A program made the translations under genes and the position numbers. The notes under the pieces are model-generated. The model did no database searches. It was not told the DNA's origin and saw only the letters and a program-made list of their open reading frames with translations. From a virus (lineage: Duplodnaviria > Caudoviricetes): a stretch of DNA of 63,169 nucleotides. This document shows positions 28,520-37,786 of this stretch, piece after piece. The stretch's first letter is position 1, and every line of letters begins with the position of its first letter. The stretch covers positions 1-63,169 of the IMG/VR virus record IMGVR_UViG_3300043468_000449; one strand, given 5' to 3'.

Positions 28520-28909
28520 TTAATCCTTTCGTTTAATGTAAAATACTTCTCGATTTAATCGTTCCATTCCTAACTTATCCATGATTTCATTGGTGAATGT
28601 AAATCGCTCACTTTGCAATGGAACTCCAACATAGCCGGGACCACCTGTAAGTTGGTTGTAAACTCGCCAGTCATGCATAGTTTGTATCACATCCCGTGGC
28701 GTTGTAAAATCTGGATGGAAAGCAGGATAAATTGTTGGGATGAATACATGGTCACTATAGCCAACTAGCTTGTTATCTTTGTAATGACCATATACATTGA
28801 TTTGAGGATGATCTACAACCTTGTGATCAAATGTTTCCGCGAAATCAGCAAGTTCAAGAAACTCTGCTGAATCTTTAGGTATTAGCTTATATTCAATTGG
28901 TGATCTCAT
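28520..28909 (-). CDS. Possible GNAT-fold acyltransferase
   Basis: 129 aa with KDNKLVGY strand and IMDKLGMER tail; sits between nozzle and ejection genes as in T7/P22-like podoviruses. Confidence 0.4.
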   Translation of the reverse strand: MRSPIEYKLIPKDSAEFLELADFAETFDHKVVDHPQINVYGHYKDNKLVGYSDHVFIPTIYPAFHPDFTTPRDVIQTMHDWRVYNQLTGGPGYVGVPLQSERFTFTNEIMDKLGMERLNREVFYIKRKD

Positions 28910-28920
28910 GTATTTATTTA

Positions 28921-29172
28921 TTAGTTAAACCCAACAAAAATCTCATCTGGAACTGGGCCTTGTTTAAAACCTGTATACTGCGAAGCAACTTGATCCAAGA
29001 CATCTTGACGATCATTGTATGTGCCGCACAACGCACACGGCAAGCACTCATTTTGATTTTTTTCAAAAGGAATAGACGAGTAGACAGGAACCAGAAATTC
29101 ATCTGCAAAAGGCGAGATGAATTTATTCGGAAACTCTGTCAATCTTTCTTTTGATTTGGCAATACTTGGCAT
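28921..29172 (-). CDS. Hypothetical protein with a CxxCxxC motif
   Basis: 83-aa ORF containing CLPCALC. Confidence 0.6.
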   Translation of the reverse strand: MPSIAKSKERLTEFPNKFISPFADEFLVPVYSSIPFEKNQNECLPCALCGTYNDRQDVLDQVASQYTGFKQGPVPDEIFVGFN

Positions 29173-29174
29173 AA

Positions 29175-31304
29175 TTAGCAGGGATTTTTTGCCTTGAATT
29201 CTTGCGCGGCATTGGTTGCGGCTTGCTCTGCCAGCGTTTCAGCCTCTTCTCGCGCATGAGCATAGCTAACTGTGGAAATATACGAGGCAGATGCGGTAGC
29301 AGAAATCGTCTTGCTAGAACTTGTGCAATTTACAGTCACAGTCTTATAAACTTTGGCACTCCAGTTTTCTTGTGACAAGGATAAATTTTCATACGGACTT
29401 TCTTTCAAGTCGATAGTAAAATTGTCACCATTTTGACCTACAACGCACGATTTGGTTTCAATATATTGAGGAATTCCAGTAGCTTTTTCGCTCCAAGGAT
29501 CAAGAAAAATCCTAACGATTTCGACGCCCATTTGACCGCACCATTCAATTAATACAGAGAAAGCCTTGTCTACATCGTTAGTTAATGGGCTTTCGCAAGT
29601 CTCGTATGTAGCTAATCTATTTGCTGATTCTGTAATTAAACGACGATATTGCGTATTCAGAAATCCAGCTTTTTCTACTTGGCTTTCGTAATCTGTGCCT
29701 CTCCATTGGTAATCATTAGTAACTGCTAAAATCCTAGTATTTAGAATTGATAAATACCTTCCTTTTGATCCCTTATAGCTTACTTTTACATCTACAGTTC
29801 CGCCGATTTCAGTAGCTTCAATTTCGGAATAAATAAACTGCTTTAAATCCATTCCGTCTCCAAGCAATGGAGTTTCAAGCTGGCAATAAATTCGATTGTA
29901 TAAATCAGTTGTAGTTCCATCAGGATTTATCTGAAGATAACTGTCATACTTTTCTGGCATGAAAGCCTCCCACAAATGATTGTATGAACCATCTGCGGTT
30001 GGTGCATAATCGATAGAGAATTGAAAGCACCGATTCTGACTATCAATCTTTCCTGTTGTCCATTGAACAGGTCGAGTGCCTGTCCAAACTCCCGCCCATG
30101 CTGGTTGCCGTCCACTCCCCCACTCGGCGGCAGGAGCATAGTCCATAACCATTGTGTCTGTGTTTAACTTTGACAAGTATGGAACGGAATACATCAAGTA
30201 GTTTTCAAACGACACAGCACAAATATTCGATGGGTTTCCATCTAAAAATCGCTTTGTTCGCGCCATCTCGATATCTTTAAATAATACTTGAGAACTTAAA
30301 TACGATGCCGCCGCCACATCCGCCGCAACCAATCCGCCATCAGAATACCACCACATTTGTCCTGCTTGGAATGCAATTGACCGAGGCGCAACGCATCCAA
30401 CAGTTGGATAAAGCGTATTCTGAAAATTAGTAGTTGTAGTCCATTGCGTCCTATCCAGCACACCAGATGCTAGTGAGTAAGTAGCTCGATCTGTGAAAAC
30501 AATTAGCCGAGTAGATGTATCTTGACCAACATAAGAAACAAGACCAGTCACAGGTCGCACAAACGCGAAATCGCCCCTGCCTGTGCCTGTCGTGCGTTCC
30601 TTCCAGCTAGTTGGATCGCCAAGGTCACTAGCAAGAACGATATTTTTTTCAGCAATCCACATCCTGTTGCCGCTATAAGCCATGTGTGTGCCTGTAGGAA
30701 TGCCGTGATCTTGCGTTCCTTGTTTGTCGCTACCATCCCACCATGCTGGCGCAGAGATGCCATCCTGTATCATTACAATTGTGTGAGCAGGCGTTACTAA
30801 TTCGTTTTCTGATGTCGCAAGATTTGCTGTTTTTGTGGCAAGCGCAAAGAAAAGATTTTCAACATCAGGATCGAACTTAATGTTGTTCAGTTTGTAGTCA
30901 TTCCAGTTTTTAGGCTGAACTAGTGGGAAAGGTGCGTAGTAAACATTACCATCTACTGCAAAGACCATGTAGCTTAATTCTGTTGCAATGACTCCTTCGC
31001 CATTTACATCGAAAATCTTTGCAGGAACTACTCGATCAACTCCATTTTCCTCGCGGCTAAATGATGCGTATTTCTGTTTGTTTGCCTGAAATATAATGCC
31101 ACCTTGCAGGTTTCCGGGTGGCAGAGAAAGGCGCATTGCGTAGCCGGGTCGAGTCTGCGCGATTCCACCTCGAATAGAAAGGTTAGTTCCCCACTTAAAC
31201 TGGTTTTCAGGCAATGCCCAAGGATTGCGAACAGAATTGACTCCCTGCGTCCATCCTGTGGTGATCTTTTGAAGTCTACCTGATGTGATATTTTCACTTT
31301 TCAT
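29175..31304 (-). CDS. Tail nozzle / stabilization protein
   Basis: 709-aa beta-rich protein with N-terminal GVNS..P..LPENQ....N.....G....RPG; follows the adaptor gene. Confidence 0.65.
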   Translation of the reverse strand: MKSENITSGRLQKITTGWTQGVNSVRNPWALPENQFKWGTNLSIRGGIAQTRPGYAMRLSLPPGNLQGGIIFQANKQKYASFSREENGVDRVVPAKIFDVNGEGVIATELSYMVFAVDGNVYYAPFPLVQPKNWNDYKLNNIKFDPDVENLFFALATKTANLATSENELVTPAHTIVMIQDGISAPAWWDGSDKQGTQDHGIPTGTHMAYSGNRMWIAEKNIVLASDLGDPTSWKERTTGTGRGDFAFVRPVTGLVSYVGQDTSTRLIVFTDRATYSLASGVLDRTQWTTTTNFQNTLYPTVGCVAPRSIAFQAGQMWWYSDGGLVAADVAAASYLSSQVLFKDIEMARTKRFLDGNPSNICAVSFENYLMYSVPYLSKLNTDTMVMDYAPAAEWGSGRQPAWAGVWTGTRPVQWTTGKIDSQNRCFQFSIDYAPTADGSYNHLWEAFMPEKYDSYLQINPDGTTTDLYNRIYCQLETPLLGDGMDLKQFIYSEIEATEIGGTVDVKVSYKGSKGRYLSILNTRILAVTNDYQWRGTDYESQVEKAGFLNTQYRRLITESANRLATYETCESPLTNDVDKAFSVLIEWCGQMGVEIVRIFLDPWSEKATGIPQYIETKSCVVGQNGDNFTIDLKESPYENLSLSQENWSAKVYKTVTVNCTSSSKTISATASASYISTVSYAHAREEAETLAEQAATNAAQEFKAKNPC

Positions 31305-34300
31305 TAGAACATCACAGGTTCACTTCCATCAGCATAAACAAGGTTTGCAATCTGTGGAGGTTGGAATGCATGACCATCAAGATGCTCTTGCTGATTTTTA
31401 AGGTAATTGAACGCAACGCCCCAGTAACGAGTCGCCTGCTCTGCAAAGTCTTTATCTTCCAAATCGCAAGCGTGAACTGCGGTTATAATTGCTCGTTCAT
31501 GCTCCAGAGGAATGTAATCCTGCTTGGAAGTCACAGTTGGAGGCGAGACACGATAAATGATTCGCGCCCAAGCACATTTCTTGCCAATGCGAACTCGTCT
31601 GTAACTAGGGTTAATTTCGGTTGGATGATATTGACCAATCAGAGTCAAATCATTACTGCGCCCGTAATCCCATGCATAAAGACTTACATATCCATCTGTT
31701 ACTGGTTTTTCAATATGTGCGATACTCTTAACTAGAACTGGACCCTGAACATTATCTACAAAGAAAGTAGAGGTAGTTTTATTTCCAGTCGTTAAATATT
31801 CAACTCGACCAGTAGTCGAAGATAAGTTTCTAGCGTTATTTAAAGTGTCATAAAGCTCAAATTCATCGCTTTTAATCTTGCGAACATAGTATGTAGTTCC
31901 TGCAACAAGACCACTTGGTAATACATCGTTTTCAGTTGCGCGAACAGTTACGGAATCGCCAGTTTCATACAAGCAAGCAGGCGCATAAATGCTAGTCGAA
32001 GGCTGGACTGTCATTACCCTACGAATGTCTAGCGTCAATCGACCAGTCCCCGGCGTTGCAATCGGAACTAATACGCCACCAGAATAAACTTTAACACGAT
32101 TACCAAATAGCTTTACAGTATAATCCGTTCCAGCAACCAACGGAGATGGCAATGTTCCAGATGATGTAAAGCTAACTATCTCATCATCTGCAATGTATTG
32201 AATGTTATCTGGCTCAATTAAATCATCGTAAACACTAGGAGTGACAGTAAAACGAATTCCAAAATATGTTTGACCAGTTCCAAATGCCGTTGCAATAACC
32301 TTGCCTTTAGAAGCAAATATATTCCCTGTAGCAGGGACAAGATTTATAGAAACGCTATAACTAAATTGCGTTGGCGATATATATGTTATTGTTTTAATTC
32401 CATTATATTCATTTTGATCAGCACCGCTAATTAGAATTTGATTTCCATTTGAAAATCCATGTGCAGAGCTTGTTGTAACAGTAGCAATCAATGAAGATGT
32501 GGTGATGCTAAAAACACTTTTGTCTCCTATTAAAGCGTTTGCTTCAGAAGTATAAACCTTTCCAGACACATCACTATCTTTGCGTAACCAAAATTGCGTT
32601 ACTCCATTATCAATCGATGGAGTTGTAGTTGGAAGCAAGAAATCAGTTCCAAAGTAAAAGCCTTGAGTTTGTCCTAGAGAGGTATAGTCACCTCGCCAAT
32701 TTCCAGTAAATGCAACGCCAAATGCGCGAGAAAGAACTACATATAATGTTCCTGATCCAGAAGATTTGATATCTACATCTGAATAGTCAGTATTCTTAAT
32801 CGTAAAAGTATTGCCAGCAGTAGGATTTTCTGCACGATATACAGTTCCTGCCGCTAATGGAGATGGTAATGTTCCTGTGCTTTGGAATTCAACAAAAACT
32901 CCAGTAGACGGAGAAATCGTGACGCTGGGCGGCGATGTGTATCCAGTTCCTTGCGTAATAATGTCAATGGAAGTAACTTGCCCTCCAAATACATTTGCTT
33001 TTGCTGTTGCTCCAGTTCCTCCACCACCTTCAATTTTAACTTGTGGTGCTTCAGTATACCCAGAGCCACCAGAAACCTGTGTGAATTTCGAGATAAACGA
33101 TGTGGTAATGCTTGCAGTTGCAGTAGCTTGATTGCCTGATGCAACTTTAGCGGCAGTAATGTTTCCTGTAGCTGGGTCTAATGCAGATGTAACAATATAA
33201 GTAAATGTATTAGTAGCAACATCTGATATTGTTTTAGTTCCGTTATAGTCGTCTGGAAAAGCACCGCTAATTAAAATTTGATTTCCATTTGCAAACCCAT
33301 GAGCAACAGCAGTTGTTACTGTTGCTATTAAAGTAGCAGGATCGGTCGCAATACTTGTAACAGTAAAATTTGTAGTTGTAGGTGGCGCAATTGTTACTGT
33401 AGGAGCAGATGTATATCCTAATCCAGAATCTGTAATAATCACTTCAGAGATAGTATTACTTACTGTATTGCGAATTGCATAACCAGTTGCAGTCCTAAAT
33501 TGCTGACCAGCAGGAGGAGTTGGAGGATCGCTAAATGTCACAGCAGGTTCAGTTGTATATCCTGAACCTCCAGCAGAAACACGAACAGATGTTACAGAAC
33601 CTACAGGAACTGCCGCAAATTGCGCTCCTGTTCCAGATGGTGCAGGAATTGTAAGCCCCGCCGCAGAAATCTGATTAGTTTTTCCAACGCTTGCCGTAGC
33701 AGAGATTAATTTTACCAACGAAAACACACCGCTACCGGGTGTAAGAAGAACGATAGGATCGACAAAGAATGTTCCAGTTGAAGCAACTGCGTCTGCTTGA
33801 TTTTCGTGAAGCGTTACCGATGTCGAATCAATTACATTTACAAAGTAATTTTTATTACTAATTAATGGACGGGGTAATACGCCACCAGATGTAAATGCTT
33901 CGACCTGATCTCCATCAACAAATAAGTGAGGAATTGTAAAAGTTAACTTTGTTTCAGGAAAAATTTCTTTACGAATATCAACATTGATAGGAGATGTCGA
34001 TCCAGTTGTGTAAACCTCATTGTAATTATTTTCAGCGTTTTCCTCTGTTTCAAAAACTTGAAGATTCGTGGAGTCTAAAAGATTGCCAAAGTAAGTTGTT
34101 TCTGACTTCAATGGAGCAGGCAATGTCTGTCCCGCAGGAAATACAATAGGGTTTGCAGGACTAATGCCAATCGTTGGAGCGGTTGCAAAGCGTAATGCTG
34201 TTACAACACGGCTTGCTCTTTGATCAAGAAACTCTAGCGGACTAGAACCAACGATTGATTGTAATAAAATTGGATAATCTCCTGCTTGAGCATTAAGTGA

Positions 34301-35026
34301 ATCATTGTAAATCTTAATCGTGAGCGCATCGACAACGCCGATGTAATATGTTTTGCCACTAGACAAAGGAATTGGCATAGTCCCAGAAATCGGAATTGGA
34401 GTAATAGTCATTCCCTGCCCAGAATCTAACTGGTGAGCAGTAGCAGATTTGAAAGTCTGAATAGGCGAAATTGACACTTCGCGAGTATTAACTTTTGATC
34501 CAGATGGAGCGATAGTTCCGTAAGGAAAGTCAGAAATGCTATTGATAGGAACAAGCAACCCATCCACACCAGTCCCATCAGGCAATTGACTCCGAATATC
34601 TCGGTTTAAATTATCTGTGCCAATAATACGAAGAACTTTGCCGACATCATTGCTTGATTCAGCAATAGCAACCAACTCGGAAGGCTGGATGACTTCCATG
34701 AGGGTAGCAACATATCCTCTATCGTCCCATGCCCACTCGACAGGGTTATACTTTCCGCCTTTATTTACATGGTATTGAAAGAGACGATTGCGGAAGTATG
34801 TTGGACTGCCGTCTACATTAACCGCTAACGGCACAGAAACGCCGCGAGGCAACGCAATAGAGCATCCATCCCACCCCGTGCAGACATCTACCTCTGCGGT
34901 AGAATGCATCCAATGCCCACTCTCCATGAGAGTCTGGACTGCCTGACTGATCTTGCGAAAAATTTTAGTCTGATCTGTCGTTCCTAAAATTTCCGCGCAT
35001 TCCTCGAAAATTTGCGATACGAACAT
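31304..35026 (-). CDS. Head-tail adaptor / tail tubular protein with inserted beta-domain repeats
   Basis: Helical N- and C-termini flanking repeated LP.PL..G.TYY and GSGYT..P.VTI units; position upstream of the nozzle gene. Confidence 0.55.
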   Translation of the reverse strand: MFVSQIFEECAEILGTTDQTKIFRKISQAVQTLMESGHWMHSTAEVDVCTGWDGCSIALPRGVSVPLAVNVDGSPTYFRNRLFQYHVNKGGKYNPVEWAWDDRGYVATLMEVIQPSELVAIAESSNDVGKVLRIIGTDNLNRDIRSQLPDGTGVDGLLVPINSISDFPYGTIAPSGSKVNTREVSISPIQTFKSATAHQLDSGQGMTITPIPISGTMPIPLSSGKTYYIGVVDALTIKIYNDSLNAQAGDYPILLQSIVGSSPLEFLDQRASRVVTALRFATAPTIGISPANPIVFPAGQTLPAPLKSETTYFGNLLDSTNLQVFETEENAENNYNEVYTTGSTSPINVDIRKEIFPETKLTFTIPHLFVDGDQVEAFTSGGVLPRPLISNKNYFVNVIDSTSVTLHENQADAVASTGTFFVDPIVLLTPGSGVFSLVKLISATASVGKTNQISAAGLTIPAPSGTGAQFAAVPVGSVTSVRVSAGGSGYTTEPAVTFSDPPTPPAGQQFRTATGYAIRNTVSNTISEVIITDSGLGYTSAPTVTIAPPTTTNFTVTSIATDPATLIATVTTAVAHGFANGNQILISGAFPDDYNGTKTISDVATNTFTYIVTSALDPATGNITAAKVASGNQATATASITTSFISKFTQVSGGSGYTEAPQVKIEGGGGTGATAKANVFGGQVTSIDIITQGTGYTSPPSVTISPSTGVFVEFQSTGTLPSPLAAGTVYRAENPTAGNTFTIKNTDYSDVDIKSSGSGTLYVVLSRAFGVAFTGNWRGDYTSLGQTQGFYFGTDFLLPTTTPSIDNGVTQFWLRKDSDVSGKVYTSEANALIGDKSVFSITTSSLIATVTTSSAHGFSNGNQILISGADQNEYNGIKTITYISPTQFSYSVSINLVPATGNIFASKGKVIATAFGTGQTYFGIRFTVTPSVYDDLIEPDNIQYIADDEIVSFTSSGTLPSPLVAGTDYTVKLFGNRVKVYSGGVLVPIATPGTGRLTLDIRRVMTVQPSTSIYAPACLYETGDSVTVRATENDVLPSGLVAGTTYYVRKIKSDEFELYDTLNNARNLSSTTGRVEYLTTGNKTTSTFFVDNVQGPVLVKSIAHIEKPVTDGYVSLYAWDYGRSNDLTLIGQYHPTEINPSYRRVRIGKKCAWARIIYRVSPPTVTSKQDYIPLEHERAIITAVHACDLEDKDFAEQATRYWGVAFNYLKNQQEHLDGHAFQPPQIANLVYADGSEPVMF

Positions 35027-35029
35027 ATT

Positions 35030-35329
35030 TTAAGCATTCCCGCGAGATAATTCCTCGGCAAATGCGGCAAGATCGGCATCTTCCATCGCGCCTTCTGGCG
35101 TTGCAGGAGCGGTAGCAGACATTTCGCCACCACCCGTTGCCTGTTGTTCGACTTGAACAGCAAGTGCGTCGATAGCCTCTGCCAATTGCACCACGATGCC
35201 GTGTAATTGGTCAAAAGTAGATTTAGGGATGCTCATCATTACCTCGCCGCCACCAGAAGGGGCAGGAGGCATTGCGGACATTTCGTCGGTCATAGCCTCT
35301 TCAGGCATTGGTGCATTTGTTTTTTTCAT
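35030..35329 (-). CDS. Acidic hypothetical protein
   Basis: 99-aa ORF in the operon. Confidence 0.65.
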   Translation of the reverse strand: MKKTNAPMPEEAMTDEMSAMPPAPSGGGEVMMSIPKSTFDQLHGIVVQLAEAIDALAVQVEQQATGGGEMSATAPATPEGAMEDADLAAFAEELSRGNA

Positions 35330-35331
35330 AA

Positions 35332-35709
35332 TTAATCTTCTTCTTCAGCTTCATTTAAGCCGTTCTCAATTTCATCCTCGTCATCGTATTCTTCGGATTC
35401 CATTTCGGATTCAGTTACTGAACTTGGTTTAATACCGCAAATTTGAAGTTCTACGCAATGCCGTTTTTTCTCCTCACCATCACGCATCGTAACTTCTTTT
35501 TTCTCCATTACCTTTTTAAAATGAATAACAGCAGTTCCTTCTTTCGGAAGTTTACTTAACTCTTCTGCATTGTCGAAATAAAGAGAAGGATAGTGATATT
35601 CGTTTTTAGGAGTTTCGATTTCGATTTCAGTCATTCCCATTGAAGGAACTTCTTCGCCTAAATCAATGAATCCTTCTGGCAATTCGGCTTTTTCTTTAGT
35701 ATATGGCAT
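35332..35709 (-). CDS. Acidic hypothetical protein (start reassigned to 35709)
   Basis: MPYTKEK...; a TAAT-ATG junction with the upstream gene. Confidence 0.65.
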   Translation of the reverse strand: MPYTKEKAELPEGFIDLGEEVPSMGMTEIEIETPKNEYHYPSLYFDNAEELSKLPKEGTAVIHFKKVMEKKEVTMRDGEEKKRHCVELQICGIKPSSVTESEMESEEYDDEDEIENGLNEAEEED

Positions 35710-35710
35710 A

Positions 35711-36571
35711 TTAACGAATCCTTCTTGCTTCAATTGTTCCGTAGGCACTTAAAGTTGGTGTACTTCCTCCAAATGTTGCACTACAAACTAAATAAATAGG
35801 CGTAGGTGTACTAGATGTCAAAACAATTCTTTGTCCACGAATTGGAATCCCAATATCACTAGCCGCAGTTGGAACAACTGCCGCCATTACAAGACGAGTA
35901 AATGTATCTTGACCTCCAAGTTGCACAGTAGTTTGACTAATTCCTTGAGTAAGATTTGTAATACTAGCAGTAGAATTTGCTTTATAATTAACTTGTCCAT
36001 TAATATACCATTCTCCTGCTGGCAATGAAATGCTTGTAACATTTGCAATTACTCCAGAAGTTAATGTAACAGCATTTCCAACAGGAATTGTAGATAATAT
36101 GACTTGACCAACAAATCCAGATGCTCCGCTTGATCCATCTGTTACACCATAAATTAATGTGCTTGGTATTTGCGCTCCAGTAGCCCCAATAACAGTTCCA
36201 GAAATAATTGGAGATGTAATTGTTGCTCCAGATGAAATCGTGACTGGAATTGAAATATTAGAAGAACCATCAAAAGATGTTGCCGTTCCAGTTATTGCTC
36301 CAGAAATAGCAATTGTTCTTGGTGTAGATAAAGTTGATGCTGACCCTCCAGCATTGCCAGTAACATTGCCAGTAACATCACCAGTAACATTGCCAGTAAC
36401 ATTGCCAGTAACATCACCAGTAACATCACCAGTAACATTGCCGCTTAAATTTCCAGTAACATTACCAATAATTGAATTAGTAAATGTTTTATTACCAGTA
36501 ATTGTCTGCGTTGTATCTGTCGTGCAGATATTTGGGCTAATTACTGCTTGAGTTGCTTTTCGTAGTGGCAT
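35711..36571 (-). CDS. Short tail fibre / spike protein
   Basis: GNVT/GDVT repeats (about 36357-36467); C-terminal TSISLPAGEW...G.IEARRIR; N-terminus shared with the neighbouring fibre gene. Confidence 0.7.
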   Translation of the reverse strand: MPLRKATQAVISPNICTTDTTQTITGNKTFTNSIIGNVTGNLSGNVTGDVTGDVTGNVTGNVTGDVTGNVTGNAGGSASTLSTPRTIAISGAITGTATSFDGSSNISIPVTISSGATITSPIISGTVIGATGAQIPSTLIYGVTDGSSGASGFVGQVILSTIPVGNAVTLTSGVIANVTSISLPAGEWYINGQVNYKANSTASITNLTQGISQTTVQLGGQDTFTRLVMAAVVPTAASDIGIPIRGQRIVLTSSTPTPIYLVCSATFGGSTPTLSAYGTIEARRIR

Positions 36572-36583
36572 ATTATTTATTTT

Positions 36584-37768
36584 TTACAATACACTCATTA
36601 AAATATGAACACTGGTTGTGCTATAATATTCTATTGTTGCTGTATTTGCTGTAGTGTGTGGTCTTATTTGCAATGTTAAACTTCCGTTATTAGATGTTGT
36701 TTCTCTAACAGCAATAATTGATGCAAATCCTGTTGCTGGCGCACCACCAAGTGTTGGTGCAATTCCTGCGGCAGTTGTGAAATTTACTTGTGTTGATGTG
36801 CCTGTTCCGGGTTGAGTCGTTGATAGTGAGTTTGCTGTATATCCAATAAAATCTGGAGTTACGCCATCGAACCCACTACTCCCATATACACCAATAACTA
36901 CACTCCCAGAATATGCACCTCTTTGAAATATTCTTTTTCCAGTAGTTAGATTCGATTGAATTGTTTTTACAAGCACTTTTACTTCTAACAACACAGAATT
37001 ATCTGGATTGCTAATAATTTTATTAACTGATGGATATGGTTGATCCAATATAGCTAATAGATCAGTATCTAAAGGCGCATCTCCGCTTGACATAAATGTA
37101 TATGGAGAATTTCTCCATTCAAACTGCGATCCCGTCATTTGGCTTCCTCCAAAAAGTGAACCCAATCTAGGATTTAATGATCCATTTCCAAAAATCATTC
37201 CCGTAGTTGCTGGCGCAAACGGTTGAAATCTTTGGCAAAATAGTCCATTTACATATATATCGTTATCTGCTTGGTAATTACCGATAGTTGGCATACTTGT
37301 TGCGCCAACTAATATTTTACCTTGATTTGTAACTATAGTTTCTATGCTATTTGTATTTGTTGTATTTCCAATTTTAACAGTAGGAGCATTCCCATTTTGT
37401 GTAAGAGTCAATGCTGGAGTTGTGCTATTGTTATTTATTTCCCACGATGTCCATGATCCAGACGAGTTTTCAAATGTAATATTAGCAGTCAACTGACCAG
37501 TTGAAGAATTATAGCTTGTGACTGTTCCAGTCATAAAAGCATAATTAAATGGATATGTCCTAGAAATTTTTATGCCATCACCAGAAATAAAAGCTAGACC
37601 TGTATTTGTAGTTAATGTTTTACTTCCTGTTGTAAATGATAAAGATGTAGTTGACGAGCCGACATAATTAGATGTTTGAAATGTTTTTTCTTTACTAATT
37701 GTTTGATTAGTGTCAGTCGTAACAATGTTTGGCGTAATGACATTTTGAGTTGCTTTTGTGATAGGCAT
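36584..37768 (-). CDS. Tail fibre / receptor-binding protein
   Basis: Thr/Ser/Asn-rich; N-terminal MPITKATQNVITPNIVTTDTNQTI. Confidence 0.7.
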   Translation of the reverse strand: MPITKATQNVITPNIVTTDTNQTISKEKTFQTSNYVGSSTTSLSFTTGSKTLTTNTGLAFISGDGIKISRTYPFNYAFMTGTVTSYNSSTGQLTANITFENSSGSWTSWEINNNSTTPALTLTQNGNAPTVKIGNTTNTNSIETIVTNQGKILVGATSMPTIGNYQADNDIYVNGLFCQRFQPFAPATTGMIFGNGSLNPRLGSLFGGSQMTGSQFEWRNSPYTFMSSGDAPLDTDLLAILDQPYPSVNKIISNPDNSVLLEVKVLVKTIQSNLTTGKRIFQRGAYSGSVVIGVYGSSGFDGVTPDFIGYTANSLSTTQPGTGTSTQVNFTTAAGIAPTLGGAPATGFASIIAVRETTSNNGSLTLQIRPHTTANTATIEYYSTTSVHILMSVL

Positions 37769-37786
37769 ATTTTTGTTTTTTCTAAT

